From the NCBI RefSeq assembly GCF_000012925.1, contig NC_007517.1, positions 2,430,001 to 2,462,000 of the forward strand: a stretch of 32,000 nt of DNA, written 5' to 3'. The stretch is from Geobacter metallireducens GS-15 (GTDB taxonomy: Bacteria > Desulfobacterota > Desulfuromonadia > Geobacterales > Geobacteraceae). Below the pieces are notes generated by a model. The model was given only the letters and a program-made list of their open reading frames with translations. It was not told where the DNA came from and made no database searches. The translations under genes and the position numbers were made by a program. Shown piece by piece: positions 22,720-32,000 of the stretch (position 1 is its first letter; each line of letters begins with the position of its first letter).

Positions 22720-24713
22720 GGTCTTCTTTCCTGCTCGAGCCACGACTGGAACATCAGCACGTCCCACAGGTGGAATTCCCAATCCCGGCGCCCGGAAACG
22801 TGCTCCAGCCATTTTTGCCGCACCGGCCTGGGGTCCAGAAACCCTTCGCGCAGCAGCCGGGACTCATTGAGAAGCTCCTCGGCCCATTCGCGCAGCGGCC
22901 CCCGCAACCACGTCCCCAGCGGGATGCCGAAGCCATGCTTCGGGCGCTCCACAAGCTCTTTCGGGATATGCCTGTTCAGCACCTGGCGCAAAATCCACTT
23001 GCTTTGGCCCCCGCGGATCTTCAGGCCGAGCGGCAGCCGCCAGGCAAACTCCACCACCCGATGATCGAGGAACGGCACCCGCGTTTCCAGGCTTACCCCC
23101 ATGGCTGCCCGGTCGATTTTCACGAGAATATCGTCGGGCAGATAGGTGACGCTGTCCATGAGCATGATCTTTTCCGGCAGGCTGAACGAATCGAGCTGGC
23201 GGGGCATCCGGCCGGATGATGCATGGAAGGGGGATTGGCCCCCCACGACAACCGGGTCGTCCTGCTGCCAGTGGGAGATGCATATCTCGTACATGGATGC
23301 GGGGGAATCCGCCCGGATCAGCTCGGCAAGCCGGTAGGCCTTGTAGACGGGGGCGTGGACCCTGTCGATGAAGGGAAGATTCCGCAGAACGGCCTGGAGC
23401 TGGCCCGGCGAAAGAAACCTGATCTTGTCGGACAGGGCTTTTCGCATCGGCAACGGGCACCAGCCGATGTTATTCCAGATCCTGTGGAGCAAGGTGTGCC
23501 GGACATAACCCCCGAACAGCTCGTCCCCGCCGTCTCCGGACAGGGAAACCGTAACGTGCTCCCGTGCCAGCAGGGACACCAGAAACGTGGGGATGTGCGA
23601 AGGGTCCGAAAACGGCTCGTCATAAAGCTGCGGCAGGCGAGGAATCACTGCCAGCGAATCACCGGGCGACACGTACAGCTCGGTATGGTCGGTCCCCAGG
23701 CGGGAGGCGATTTCCCCTGCATATTTCGCCTCGTTGCAGTCATCCTCGTGGAAACCGATGGTAAAGGTCTTCACCGGCCGGGACGAGTGGGCCTGCATCA
23801 GGGCCACGATGGCGGTCGAATCCACCCCCCCTGACAGGAAAGCCCCCAACGGCACATCGGAGATCTGCTGCGCCAGCACGGCTTCCGTCAGAACCCGTTC
23901 AAGTTCCCCTATCGCCTCGCTTTCCGTCCCCTCAAAGGGGCGGGCATGCCCCTGCTCCGCCGCCTCCAGCAATGACCAGTACGGGCGAAGGGAAACCCCC
24001 TCTCCCTGAAACAGCTTGAAGGGGGGATCGGCGGCATCCCAGGGGGCGATTCCGCGGCCCGTGTTTCGCAGAGTCAGTATGGTTCCCGGCCAGAGTTTGT
24101 AGATGCCGCGATAGATCGAGTGGGGCGTGGGAATGCAACTGTGGCGCATGAGGAGGGCAATGGCGTCGCGGTTGATTTCCGCGTCGAAACCCGGATAGGC
24201 CCGCAGCGCCTTCAGCTCCGAGGCAAAGAGGAAAACGCCCTGGTTCCAGCCGTAGTACAGGGGCTTCTCACCCATGCGGTCGCGGGCAAGGGTCAGCGTC
24301 CTCTCCGCATTGTCCCACACTGCCAGGGCGAACATGCCGACCGTCCTCTTGAGCGTGGCCTCGATGCCCCATGCCTCGAATCCGGCCAGGAGGGTCTCCG
24401 TGTCCGAATGCCCCCGCCAGGGCTCGAACGCCGCCAACTCCTTCCGCAGTGCCTGATGATTGTAAATCTCGCCGTTGAAGACGATCGTGAACCGCCCGGA
24501 ACGCGATTCCATGGGCTGGTGGCCGGCAGGGGTAAGATCGAGGATGGAGAGCCGGCGGTGCGCCAGGCCGACACCCGCCCCCTGGTCGCACCACGCGCCA
24601 CTGTCATCGGGGCCGCGGTGCATGAGGGCATCCGCCATGCGCCGTGCGTTGGCTCGCATGGCGTCAGGTCCGCATTGCAGTGAGAAATCCATGAAACCGG
24701 TTATGCCGCACAT
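22716..24713 (-). CDS. asnB: asparagine synthase (glutamine-hydrolysing) family amidotransferase
   Basis: MCGITGF N-terminal nucleophile Cys, GATase-II region, and the synthetase PP-loop region FLSGGVDSTAIVALM. 665 aa. Confidence 0.9.
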   Translation of the reverse strand: MCGITGFMDFSLQCGPDAMRANARRMADALMHRGPDDSGAWCDQGAGVGLAHRRLSILDLTPAGHQPMESRSGRFTIVFNGEIYNHQALRKELAAFEPWRGHSDTETLLAGFEAWGIEATLKRTVGMFALAVWDNAERTLTLARDRMGEKPLYYGWNQGVFLFASELKALRAYPGFDAEINRDAIALLMRHSCIPTPHSIYRGIYKLWPGTILTLRNTGRGIAPWDAADPPFKLFQGEGVSLRPYWSLLEAAEQGHARPFEGTESEAIGELERVLTEAVLAQQISDVPLGAFLSGGVDSTAIVALMQAHSSRPVKTFTIGFHEDDCNEAKYAGEIASRLGTDHTELYVSPGDSLAVIPRLPQLYDEPFSDPSHIPTFLVSLLAREHVTVSLSGDGGDELFGGYVRHTLLHRIWNNIGWCPLPMRKALSDKIRFLSPGQLQAVLRNLPFIDRVHAPVYKAYRLAELIRADSPASMYEICISHWQQDDPVVVGGQSPFHASSGRMPRQLDSFSLPEKIMLMDSVTYLPDDILVKIDRAAMGVSLETRVPFLDHRVVEFAWRLPLGLKIRGGQSKWILRQVLNRHIPKELVERPKHGFGIPLGTWLRGPLREWAEELLNESRLLREGFLDPRPVRQKWLEHVSGRRDWEFHLWDVLMFQSWLEQERRP

Positions 24714-24743
24714 TGGTTCAATGCCCTCTGCCGCCGCGCTCCC

Positions 24744-26924
24744 TCAGAAAGAGTTGCCGGCCACGCTCTTGGGAGTCGAGTTGAGGAAAGCCGGCCCGCT
24801 ATACTTTCCCGAGTAGGTATTGTTCTTGATGATATCCTCTCCGGAAAAATCCTTGTCTGAATACCCTGAACCAACGAGTATTTCGAACGGACGGTCAACG
24901 TCGGTATCGGAAGTGAATCTGTTGCCGGAAATGCTGTTCGAGCCGACCCCGCCCGAGGTGAACGTATAGGTAATTGACCCTTTGCCGTTTACCACGACAT
25001 TATTGGATATGTCGCAGTAGTTAGGCCTTGTTACGGTCAGATTTATTCCGGTGAGTTTGTTCCCGGTAATTTTGGAATGCTTGAATTGCCCGTCGTTGAC
25101 TATCAAAGGCACGTCTTTTACGGTCGAAACAATCTCGTTATCGATTATCTCCATGCCGTCAATTCCCCCCACGCAGTGAATGCCGTTGTTGAAGCCCCCT
25201 ATCTTGTTCCCCTTGATGATGACGGCGTAATTCAGATCCATTGAGTAGGGAGCGCTGGTGGTCACGTTGATGTCGTTGCCGACGATTGTCAGGGAATCGG
25301 GCTTGATGGGGGGCGCATCGGCGCCGACCACCGCCTCCACGAGCTTGTTGATCCCCCTCCCCCTGAAAGTGTTCCCCTTGAGTATTGTGGCTCCCTGGTT
25401 GGGGTCCACCGAAGCCTGGCCGAAGAGGATGTACAACAGGGGATTGAGGTTCGTTCCGCCGGAGAAGAAGACCGTGTTGGTGCTGAACTCGAACTTGTAG
25501 GGACGGTACAGCTGGAGACCGTATTTGGTGGTGAAACGGTTGTCGCGCATGGTGATGTTCGCCATGCTGCCGTTGGGTTGCTCGGGAAGGATGTAATCGT
25601 AGTTTGACGCATCGTTGAAGCTTACGACGATGGGAGAGAACCCTTCCGTCGGACCGGCGTCTCCGTTTATCACGAACGCCGAGCCTCCCCCGCCGCCGAT
25701 GAGCTTGTTGTTGGTAATGAGCGTGCCGCCGTTTACCCGGCTTGATGACACCGTGATGCCGTTGCGGCCCGGTCCGCCGACAATGGTGTTACCCTCCACG
25801 GTCGTATCGTTCATCCTGGCGAACTGGGGCGAGGCGAGGGCAATCCCCGCCTGCACGTAGTTTCCCTTGATCAGGTGATGGTTATTGATCTCTCCATCCC
25901 AGTTCGCTTCGACATCGATGCCGACTCCCGTCCCGGCATGCTTGATCGTGCAATCGAGAATCTTGTTGTATTTACCCGTTATCATGGCGATGCCAGTCCG
26001 GACGTTGTTCTCTATGCGGCAGTTCCTGATGGTGACGTAATCGCTGCCGCCGTGGAGGGTATACCCGACGAGGATCCCGTCCAGCCGCGCGTTAATCAGG
26101 AGGCAATTCTCGACCGTAATGCGGGCGGCCTGATTCAGGGAGATGTCGGCGCCCATTGCCGAGCCGTTCTGCCCGACATCGCCCAGGGTATTCCGGGCCT
26201 TGTTCCCGTCGATCACCAGATCCCTGATGATCACATCGGTCACGATATAGGTCGAATTGTTCTCGTTCCTCGCCCGCGCGCCGTTGTCGAACCAGGTTCC
26301 GCCATGATGGTTGAGGGTCGTGCCAATAACGTTCGCCGCGTAGTTCCCCTTGTCGTCGGCGCCGGAGCCGTTGATGCTCCGCACGTGGGCATTCGGGGGC
26401 AGCTTCAGCAGCGACCCCTCTCCCTGCCCGATGATATTCACCCCCGTTTTGAGCTGGAGATTCGCAACGATGTAGGTGCCCCGGGTAACGAGCATATCTC
26501 CCTCGGCAACGGCGTTGATCGCCTTCTGCACCAGGGCCGATTCCTCCGTCTTCCCGTCCCCCCGCGCGCCGAACCACTTGATCCGGGCGGAGCTCAAATT
26601 GACCACGCTCCCCGTACCGCTGAAAATGCGATAGTCGCCCGCGTCAGGCCTGTTCCCCTGGAAATCCAGAACCCCATTGACGGTGATCAACCCGCTGGCA
26701 GTGACGTAAATCTTCCTGTCGGTTGGAACCGTCAGACTCGTGCAACTGACCGGCGTGCGCACAAGAATGACGTTGCCGGCTGTTCTGCTGCTGGCCACGG
26801 CAGCTTCGAAGCTCGGGAAGAGTTTCACATCAAGCACTGCGGGAGTTGCGGCGAAAACCTTGGGTGCGACCGCCATCAGAACAATTGAGAGGATCGCCAT
26901 GAGGAACAAAATTCTGTATTTCAT
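24744..26924 (-). CDS. secreted right-handed parallel beta-helix protein (pectate-lyase-3/PbH1-like; polysaccharide hydrolase, lyase or epimerase)
   Basis: AAGGAG lies upstream of ATG 26924. Signal MKYRILFLMAILSIVLMAVAPKVFA|AT. KWFGARGDGKTEESALVQKAINAV is typical of the pectate_lyase_3 N-terminus. There are many I/V-x-N/G-N repeats. Confidence 0.75.
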   Translation of the reverse strand: MKYRILFLMAILSIVLMAVAPKVFAATPAVLDVKLFPSFEAAVASSRTAGNVILVRTPVSCTSLTVPTDRKIYVTASGLITVNGVLDFQGNRPDAGDYRIFSGTGSVVNLSSARIKWFGARGDGKTEESALVQKAINAVAEGDMLVTRGTYIVANLQLKTGVNIIGQGEGSLLKLPPNAHVRSINGSGADDKGNYAANVIGTTLNHHGGTWFDNGARARNENNSTYIVTDVIIRDLVIDGNKARNTLGDVGQNGSAMGADISLNQAARITVENCLLINARLDGILVGYTLHGGSDYVTIRNCRIENNVRTGIAMITGKYNKILDCTIKHAGTGVGIDVEANWDGEINNHHLIKGNYVQAGIALASPQFARMNDTTVEGNTIVGGPGRNGITVSSSRVNGGTLITNNKLIGGGGGSAFVINGDAGPTEGFSPIVVSFNDASNYDYILPEQPNGSMANITMRDNRFTTKYGLQLYRPYKFEFSTNTVFFSGGTNLNPLLYILFGQASVDPNQGATILKGNTFRGRGINKLVEAVVGADAPPIKPDSLTIVGNDINVTTSAPYSMDLNYAVIIKGNKIGGFNNGIHCVGGIDGMEIIDNEIVSTVKDVPLIVNDGQFKHSKITGNKLTGINLTVTRPNYCDISNNVVVNGKGSITYTFTSGGVGSNSISGNRFTSDTDVDRPFEILVGSGYSDKDFSGEDIIKNNTYSGKYSGPAFLNSTPKSVAGNSF

Positions 26925-26948
26925 CGGAAACTCCTTAGCTGCTGGCGC

Positions 26949-27875
26949 TCAATATTTGTTGGATAGAATCAGCAGTCTGACAAGGACATCGTCTATAAAT
27001 CTGTGCCTGTATACCCTTTGGCTGGATGTCAGATAGTTAAGGCGTGACAGAAAAGATCGCTTGGACTCTATGAATTGACTCACTATCCCTCTGCTCTCTC
27101 CCTTCAGCTCATCCTTGTAGCCAAGCCAAAAGGAATATGCCTGGTCATAACACCCGAAAACCCCTTTCCTGCGTCTGCTTAAAAAATTGATGATTCTGCT
27201 TCTGTAATCAGATACGAACGATACCGTCCCTCCAATTACATTGCCTCCGTGCTGACGGTACTTGATAGACACAAAATCATCGTAAACTACCTTGCCAAAA
27301 GCAGAGACTACTATGTAGGACCACCAGTCATGCATGAGGACCTGGGGAGGCCACTCACGCTCCAGCAACAGGTCCCGTGCCGCCTTGTTCATCACAACGG
27401 TACATCCTGTCGCAACATTCTGAATGAGCGCATTATTTAAACAAACCGGCCTGACCATCATTGGTGAATCGTCCAAGTGTCCGAGGCCCGCGGAGACATA
27501 TTCCACCCTTGAGCAATAAAGGAGCGGCAGAGTTTCATCGTATCGGGAAAGAACATCCAGTGCTCTTTCGAGCTTATTGGGCAACCACACATCGTCCTGA
27601 TCGGAAAAGGCAACATAGTTACTCAAGGGGCTGGAATTCTTCAGCAACCAATAAAAACTCCCCACTACCCCCCGATTTTCCTGCACACAGTACGTTATCC
27701 GTTCGTCAGTAGCGGCATAGCGCGAAAGGATATCCGGCGTACCGTCTTTCGACCCGTCGTCACGAACGGTCAAAACGAAATACTGATGAGTCTGGGCCAG
27801 GATACTGTCCAGTTGTTCGGCCAGGAATTTCTCCCCGTTGTAAGTGGACATCAGAATTTCAACGCGCGGTTTCAT
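26949..27875 (-). CDS. GT2-family glycosyltransferase
   Basis: ATG 27875 follows GGAGAAGAG. MKPRVEILMSTYNGEKFLAEQLDSILAQT, RDDGSKDGT, FSDQDDVW (DxD). The long N-terminal extension in the ORF track overlaps the upstream gene and is rejected. G+C is visibly lower than in the oxidase genes. Confidence 0.85.
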   Translation of the reverse strand: MKPRVEILMSTYNGEKFLAEQLDSILAQTHQYFVLTVRDDGSKDGTPDILSRYAATDERITYCVQENRGVVGSFYWLLKNSSPLSNYVAFSDQDDVWLPNKLERALDVLSRYDETLPLLYCSRVEYVSAGLGHLDDSPMMVRPVCLNNALIQNVATGCTVVMNKAARDLLLEREWPPQVLMHDWWSYIVVSAFGKVVYDDFVSIKYRQHGGNVIGGTVSFVSDYRSRIINFLSRRRKGVFGCYDQAYSFWLGYKDELKGESRGIVSQFIESKRSFLSRLNYLTSSQRVYRHRFIDDVLVRLLILSNKY

Positions 27876-29064
27876 CTCTTCTCCAATAGAAATCCGTCGC
27901 CATGGCCATGAACATGAGAAACGCCGGACTGAGCAGGACCGGATTGGTGCCCGCGGCAATGAATAGCGACAAAAGGGCCAACCCCAAGGCCCGCTCTTCG
28001 GCTGGCTGCGAGCGGAAGAGCCGGTACGAGACCGCCAGGACAAAGGCAGTGAAGGCCATGAACCACGGCAACCCGAATTTTCTGATTGCATTGAGATGGT
28101 CGAGTTCGATGTTCGAGACAAAGGCTCCAAGGTTCCGCGCGTAGAAAACAGCCCCGGGCCCCTGCCCTATCAGGAGGCTGGCCGGATCTTCCCCGAACAT
28201 GGCGAGCAGGGAATCCAGATAGCCGATCCGAACCTGTGCCGTTTCCGCCTCGCCCGTCAGGCTCCGAAGCAGCTCCTCGGTAAACTGCTCAAAACCGAGA
28301 ACCAGAGGTGTGACCGCTATAAACAGTACTATGACTGCTGCCTTATACCGCCTGTCGCCTCTATGCAAAAACAGGAAGTACAGTGTGAACAACAGGCAGA
28401 GGGCAAAACCGGCCTTGGAAAAAGCGACAACGAGTGCCAGCAAAGCAATCAGTGCGTGTATCGGCTTTGCCATGAATAAAAAGTAAACATAAACCGGCAC
28501 CAGGAAAAGCGTGGCCTTTAGATAAACGTTCGGCATGAATATGTTTCCGAACGGACGATACCCGATATATCCATGGGCTTCGGAACTGAATATTCGCATG
28601 AACATATCAGCAAAGGGACTGGTAAACCACATCAGCAGATAGAGAGCAATCACGATAACAGCCAATGAGAGCATGGTGTATAAGAATACGGAAAGCGCAT
28701 AGCGCGGTCGCACTGACTGTATGACCAGAAAGAAGACAATTGCCGCGGGAAAGGCTGTCATCTGACTTATGGCAAGGGAGAGTTCAGCCCCTGCGATCAC
28801 GCTGTGAAGCAGAGACAGAACAGGCCACAGCAGGAAAAGGAACATGAACAGGTGGCTTGTCTGACTGTCCATGGGGAACGGCTTGAAGTGCAAAAACAAA
28901 TAGAGCATGGCAAGGGCAAACGATGCGTACTTTATTCCGAACCCCCCACCCATGTCGTAGATATTGGCAAACCACAACAACAGGACAACGCCCTGGCCGA
29001 GAAATCGGCTCCGGCATTCCGGAAAGCTTTCCTGATTCATGGCGTGAATCGATTGCGAGTTCAT
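27859..29064 (-). CDS. O-antigen ligase/polymerase family (Wzy_C-like) polytopic membrane protein
   Basis: About 10 hydrophobic segments. A large loop carries LIGQGPGAVFYARNLGAFVSNIELDHLNAIRKFGLPWF, resembling the G-x-G-x-G...H-N...G motif of the Wzy_C family. ATG at 29064; the track start at 29070 is a TTG. Lower G+C. Confidence 0.65.
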   Translation of the reverse strand: MNSQSIHAMNQESFPECRSRFLGQGVVLLLWFANIYDMGGGFGIKYASFALAMLYLFLHFKPFPMDSQTSHLFMFLFLLWPVLSLLHSVIAGAELSLAISQMTAFPAAIVFFLVIQSVRPRYALSVFLYTMLSLAVIVIALYLLMWFTSPFADMFMRIFSSEAHGYIGYRPFGNIFMPNVYLKATLFLVPVYVYFLFMAKPIHALIALLALVVAFSKAGFALCLLFTLYFLFLHRGDRRYKAAVIVLFIAVTPLVLGFEQFTEELLRSLTGEAETAQVRIGYLDSLLAMFGEDPASLLIGQGPGAVFYARNLGAFVSNIELDHLNAIRKFGLPWFMAFTAFVLAVSYRLFRSQPAEERALGLALLSLFIAAGTNPVLLSPAFLMFMAMATDFYWRRDETAR

Positions 29065-29109
29065 TGGCAACCCGTTGGCAATGCCTGCCAGCCCACTGTC
29101 ATAATGAAA

Positions 29110-30075
29110 TCAATCGCCCCAAAATATATCCTTGCAAAAGCTGAAGTATCCGTTGGAATAATTATGGTATCTTCGGTTCAGCAATTCACAGGTGGCTTCT
29201 ACGGTCTTGATAATTTTTGGACTCGTGCAGATACTGTTACGTACTTCCATGTGTTCGATCTTATCGTGCAGTTTTCCTATGGCATAATCGTTGGGGACCT
29301 GGTTCAAGCAGCGTATATGATCAAGCAGCATCTCGTACTTAGAGATCTGCGCATAATAATCAGTTATTGACTGTGCAACGTTTTTATGGTCGGTAAAATT
29401 TTTTTTGACACTGCCAATCTGCTGATTACTGTGCTGGCGATAGTCGATCAGATTCTTGTCAATGAAATCAATCTTCGAATAGATTGAGGTCAAGAGTGCT
29501 ATCCAGGCGTCGTGGACCCATTCGACAGGTATCGGGACAACGATGTCGCGCAAGGCGGAACGGAAGGCCATGGTCGCGCCCGTGACAACATCATGATTCA
29601 GAAGCACTTCCAGCGCCCTCCCCTTCTTGAAGCAGCTTTGTTGCTTCTTCTTGAAGCGGAAGGTATCCCAGAGGGTATACCCCAAGGGTGACAAATCGTC
29701 GCCGACCACCGCACCATTTGTGAAAACCGCTCCCGTCAGCGGCGCATCGAGAAATGCCCGCTCGATCACTTCAAGCTTGTCGCGATGCCATACGTCATCT
29801 TGATCCGATAAGGCGATTATGTCTCCGTCGCAAAGGCCGATGGCACGCTCGAAGTTTTTGGTTGAACCGATGTTGCTGACATTCCGGGATGATTTCACCT
29901 CGAACGGAGCGGACGAGGCAAAATTATCGATGATCTGCAGTGTCCTGTCCGAAGAACCGTCGTCGCAAAGTATCAGCTCGTCCGGCAGTCTTGTCTGGCG
30001 GGCGATGCTGTCCAGCTGCTCCCGGAGGAACCGTTCACCGTTGTAGGTGCATATGGCGACAGACAGTTTCAGCAT
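29110..30075 (-). CDS. GT2-family glycosyltransferase
   Basis: ATG 30075. MLKLSVAICTYNGERFLREQLDSIARQT, CDDGSSDRT, LSDQDDVW. The upstream extension in the ORF track is rejected. Confidence 0.85.
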   Translation of the reverse strand: MLKLSVAICTYNGERFLREQLDSIARQTRLPDELILCDDGSSDRTLQIIDNFASSAPFEVKSSRNVSNIGSTKNFERAIGLCDGDIIALSDQDDVWHRDKLEVIERAFLDAPLTGAVFTNGAVVGDDLSPLGYTLWDTFRFKKKQQSCFKKGRALEVLLNHDVVTGATMAFRSALRDIVVPIPVEWVHDAWIALLTSIYSKIDFIDKNLIDYRQHSNQQIGSVKKNFTDHKNVAQSITDYYAQISKYEMLLDHIRCLNQVPNDYAIGKLHDKIEHMEVRNSICTSPKIIKTVEATCELLNRRYHNYSNGYFSFCKDIFWGD

Positions 30076-30080
30076 GGCAC

Positions 30081-31118
30081 TCACTTGACACCCATGAGAG
30101 ATAATTCCTCTCCCTTGTGAGGGAACACTTTGAGCAGGCCCCACTCCACCAGCCGCATCAGCAGCATGAACAGCCTGCCGGACCGGCCCGGTTGCGATCC
30201 CATGGCATACGTGCCCCGTCTACTGATGGAGTAGCTTGCCCAGAAAAGGGCGTGGGCATCGCGGATGGTGGTCCTGATTTCCATGTTGGTGAAGCCGGCC
30301 TTGCGGGCCAGCGCCCGAATCGTTCTGACGTTGTAGAGGATCAGATGCCGGGGCGGGTCCAGGTGCAGCCAATGCCTCCCGAAGAGATGGCTGCCCATGG
30401 ATTCGACGTTCGGGGTTACCAGACTGAGCACCCCGCCCGGTTTCAATATCCGGTAGCACTCGGTGAGCAGTTCCACAGGATTGGGAACATGCTCGATCAC
30501 GTGGCTGATCATGACGGCGTCAAAGGTGTTGTCCCCGTAGGGCTGCTCCAGAAGGTCGCCCTGCGCCACATTCAGCCCCTTGCTCCTGGCATTGGCAACT
30601 GCCGAAGGGTCAACGTCTATCCCTTCCGTCCGCCACCCCAGCGATCCCAGGTAGCTCAGCATCGTGCCGCTGCCGCATCCGATTTCCAGCAATCGCCCCC
30701 CCGGCCTGCTTCGCAGGTACATCACGCTGAAATCCACATCGGCGCGTCGTCCCGGAAAGAGATACAGAAGTGTTCCCAAAAACCTCAGTGGGGACTGACG
30801 CAGTTCGTTGAAATAGTCATATTTGAGGGCCAGATAGCAGTCCCTGACGCAATGGAATATTCTTTTCGCAACGCCTGCCGGGGGAGCCTGATTGTCCCCG
30901 TGGGTGTAGTAGGAAGCGTACGCCTTCCAGATCTCATCCTTGCGGGGAGCAGGATTCAACCAAACAAGGCCGCAGTTATCATTAACGCACTTCTCAAGCG
31001 TCCATTTACCGGGCGCCCCGAAGAGCCTGTCTCCCAGATCCTCGTAGAGCGCATTCCCGTTCCTACCGCATAACAAGCAGTCACGCCTGGGTTCAGTGGT
31101 TATCCTGATGTTATCCAT
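30081..31118 (-). CDS. class I SAM-dependent methyltransferase with N-terminal zinc-ribbon
   Basis: CLLCG...C..NCG, then motif I LLEIGCGSGTMLSYLGSLGWRTEGIDVD and VMISHVIEHVPNP. ATG 31118. Confidence 0.8.
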   Translation of the reverse strand: MDNIRITTEPRRDCLLCGRNGNALYEDLGDRLFGAPGKWTLEKCVNDNCGLVWLNPAPRKDEIWKAYASYYTHGDNQAPPAGVAKRIFHCVRDCYLALKYDYFNELRQSPLRFLGTLLYLFPGRRADVDFSVMYLRSRPGGRLLEIGCGSGTMLSYLGSLGWRTEGIDVDPSAVANARSKGLNVAQGDLLEQPYGDNTFDAVMISHVIEHVPNPVELLTECYRILKPGGVLSLVTPNVESMGSHLFGRHWLHLDPPRHLILYNVRTIRALARKAGFTNMEIRTTIRDAHALFWASYSISRRGTYAMGSQPGRSGRLFMLLMRLVEWGLLKVFPHKGEELSLMGVK

Positions 31119-31255
31119 GCTCTAGCTTTCCGGATGGGGCCAAGTATCGTCTGGCCACCGGTCCGTCGGAGATACTTGCTCTGTTGTCCACCAACCAGGT
31201 TCGGCGACCTCATCAAGAGACACGTTTTGTTGTCCGAGAGCCTTAGCCACATGGC

Positions 31256-32000
31256 TTATCTGATAACAGCTGTTACGAGCGCGGCAGGTTCAAAGGTGAT
31301 AGATTCCAAAAATACATCTCCCGCAATAGAGATTGGCAGATCTCCCGTTGGGCCAGTTGTGCTTGCAACCAACACCCCATCAAAAATATAGCTCACATTA
31401 GTTCCCGACCGGCGAATTTCGAAAGTTTTTGTCAGTTCCTTCACACGTTGGAATCCTCCGGCAATCATGGTACCGTTGTTGTTCACTGTAAATATGTTGC
31501 TGCTGTCCACTTGGAAAAACAAGTGAGTGGTCCCATCGGAGAGTCCTACCTTAGGGGTGTTGCCTCCGGTCATCTGCGCAGTGATCCGTAGTGTACCATC
31601 GCCAAACTTTTGGCCTGATCGTAGCGACGTACCGCTCGCCACTTTCATCCGGCTACCCCATGAAAATGGCCATTTTGCCTCCACGAACCCCCCATCACGA
31701 AATTCATGCCCCCAGACAGGTTCACCGGAAGGTGGCCGCTGCCTACCGTCATAAGCTCCGTATACAACCCCATTTCTCACGACCAGACTCGAAAGCAACC
31801 CGATTATGTAGCCATCCCAGGCACCGTACCCCGGAGAAACGACCGTAGTCTTATTTGATACGTCCCAAGATTTCGGGTCGTTAGACCAGTACATGACAAT
31901 AGAATCTGTATATGCTGGCTCTGAATTCGGTTGCTGCACATGGTTTGCAAACAAGTAATAATACCCAGACAACGCGTCATGAATCAGCACGGGATTCTCA
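31256..32000 (-). CDS. hypothetical protein, 3' part only; possible glycosidase-like beta-propeller plus lectin/ConA-like C-terminal domain
   Basis: The frame stays open to the right edge (...ENPVLIHDALSGYYYLFANH...MYWSNDPKSW...). The C-terminal beta-rich segment is GDGTLRITAQM...FEIRRSGTNVSYIFDG. The functional call is weak and rests on pattern resemblance only. Confidence 0.45.
   Translation of the reverse strand, partial: ENPVLIHDALSGYYYLFANHVQQPNSEPAYTDSIVMYWSNDPKSWDVSNKTTVVSPGYGAWDGYIIGLLSSLVVRNGVVYGAYDGRQRPPSGEPVWGHEFRDGGFVEAKWPFSWGSRMKVASGTSLRSGQKFGDGTLRITAQMTGGNTPKVGLSDGTTHLFFQVDSSNIFTVNNNGTMIAGGFQRVKELTKTFEIRRSGTNVSYIFDGVLVASTTGPTGDLPISIAGDVFLESITFEPAALVTAVIR

Noticed and set aside
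1-32000. A scan for tRNA or rRNA genes, CRISPR arrays, integrases, toxin-antitoxin pairs and defence-island genes.
   Set aside because: No T-loop/acceptor-stem pattern and no regularly spaced short direct repeats were seen outside the coding FG-GAP arrays. There are no integrase or nuclease/ATPase defence signatures. The only mobile elements seen are the two ISL3 copies.

Overview
GC-rich bacterial chromosomal DNA. The gene content (a CXXCH protein, giant secreted multicopper oxidases, a GEMM-like leader, NarL-type two-component genes) suggests a Geobacter-like Desulfuromonadales genome, but this is inference only. The window has three parts. (1) 1-3500, minus strand: the 5' part of a lipoprotein-like gene, then one operon with an AraC-type response regulator, a NarL/LuxR-type response regulator and a cytoplasmic PAS histidine kinase. 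An ISL3-family IS (3523-4894, 8-bp target duplication) sits just upstream of that operon. (2) 5400-19500, plus strand: a redox-exoprotein region of three units. Unit 1 is a WecA-like::FkpA-like fusion ORF, a 78-aa secreted ORF and a 1201-aa multicopper oxidase. Unit 2 is a 104-aa secreted ORF, an FkpA-like protein and a 1094-aa multicopper oxidase. Unit 3 is a GEMM-I-like riboswitch leader and a 534-aa protein with two CXXCH haem motifs. All three large proteins end in the same six-repeat FG-GAP/VCBS-type (DxDxDG) module and are followed by the same terminator hairpin. A second ISL3 IS (16015-17340) is inserted in the U-tract of the second terminator. (3) 19450-32000, minus strand, convergent: a tightly coupled 10-gene glycan operon (EPS, O-antigen or possibly protein glycosylation). 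It has two GT4, two GT2, two zinc-ribbon SAM methyltransferases, an AsnB-type amidotransferase, a secreted beta-helix protein, a Wzy_C/O-antigen-ligase-family membrane protein and a partial glycosidase-like gene. No rRNA, tRNA or CRISPR array was seen. Most long ORFs antisense to these genes are GC-driven artefacts.
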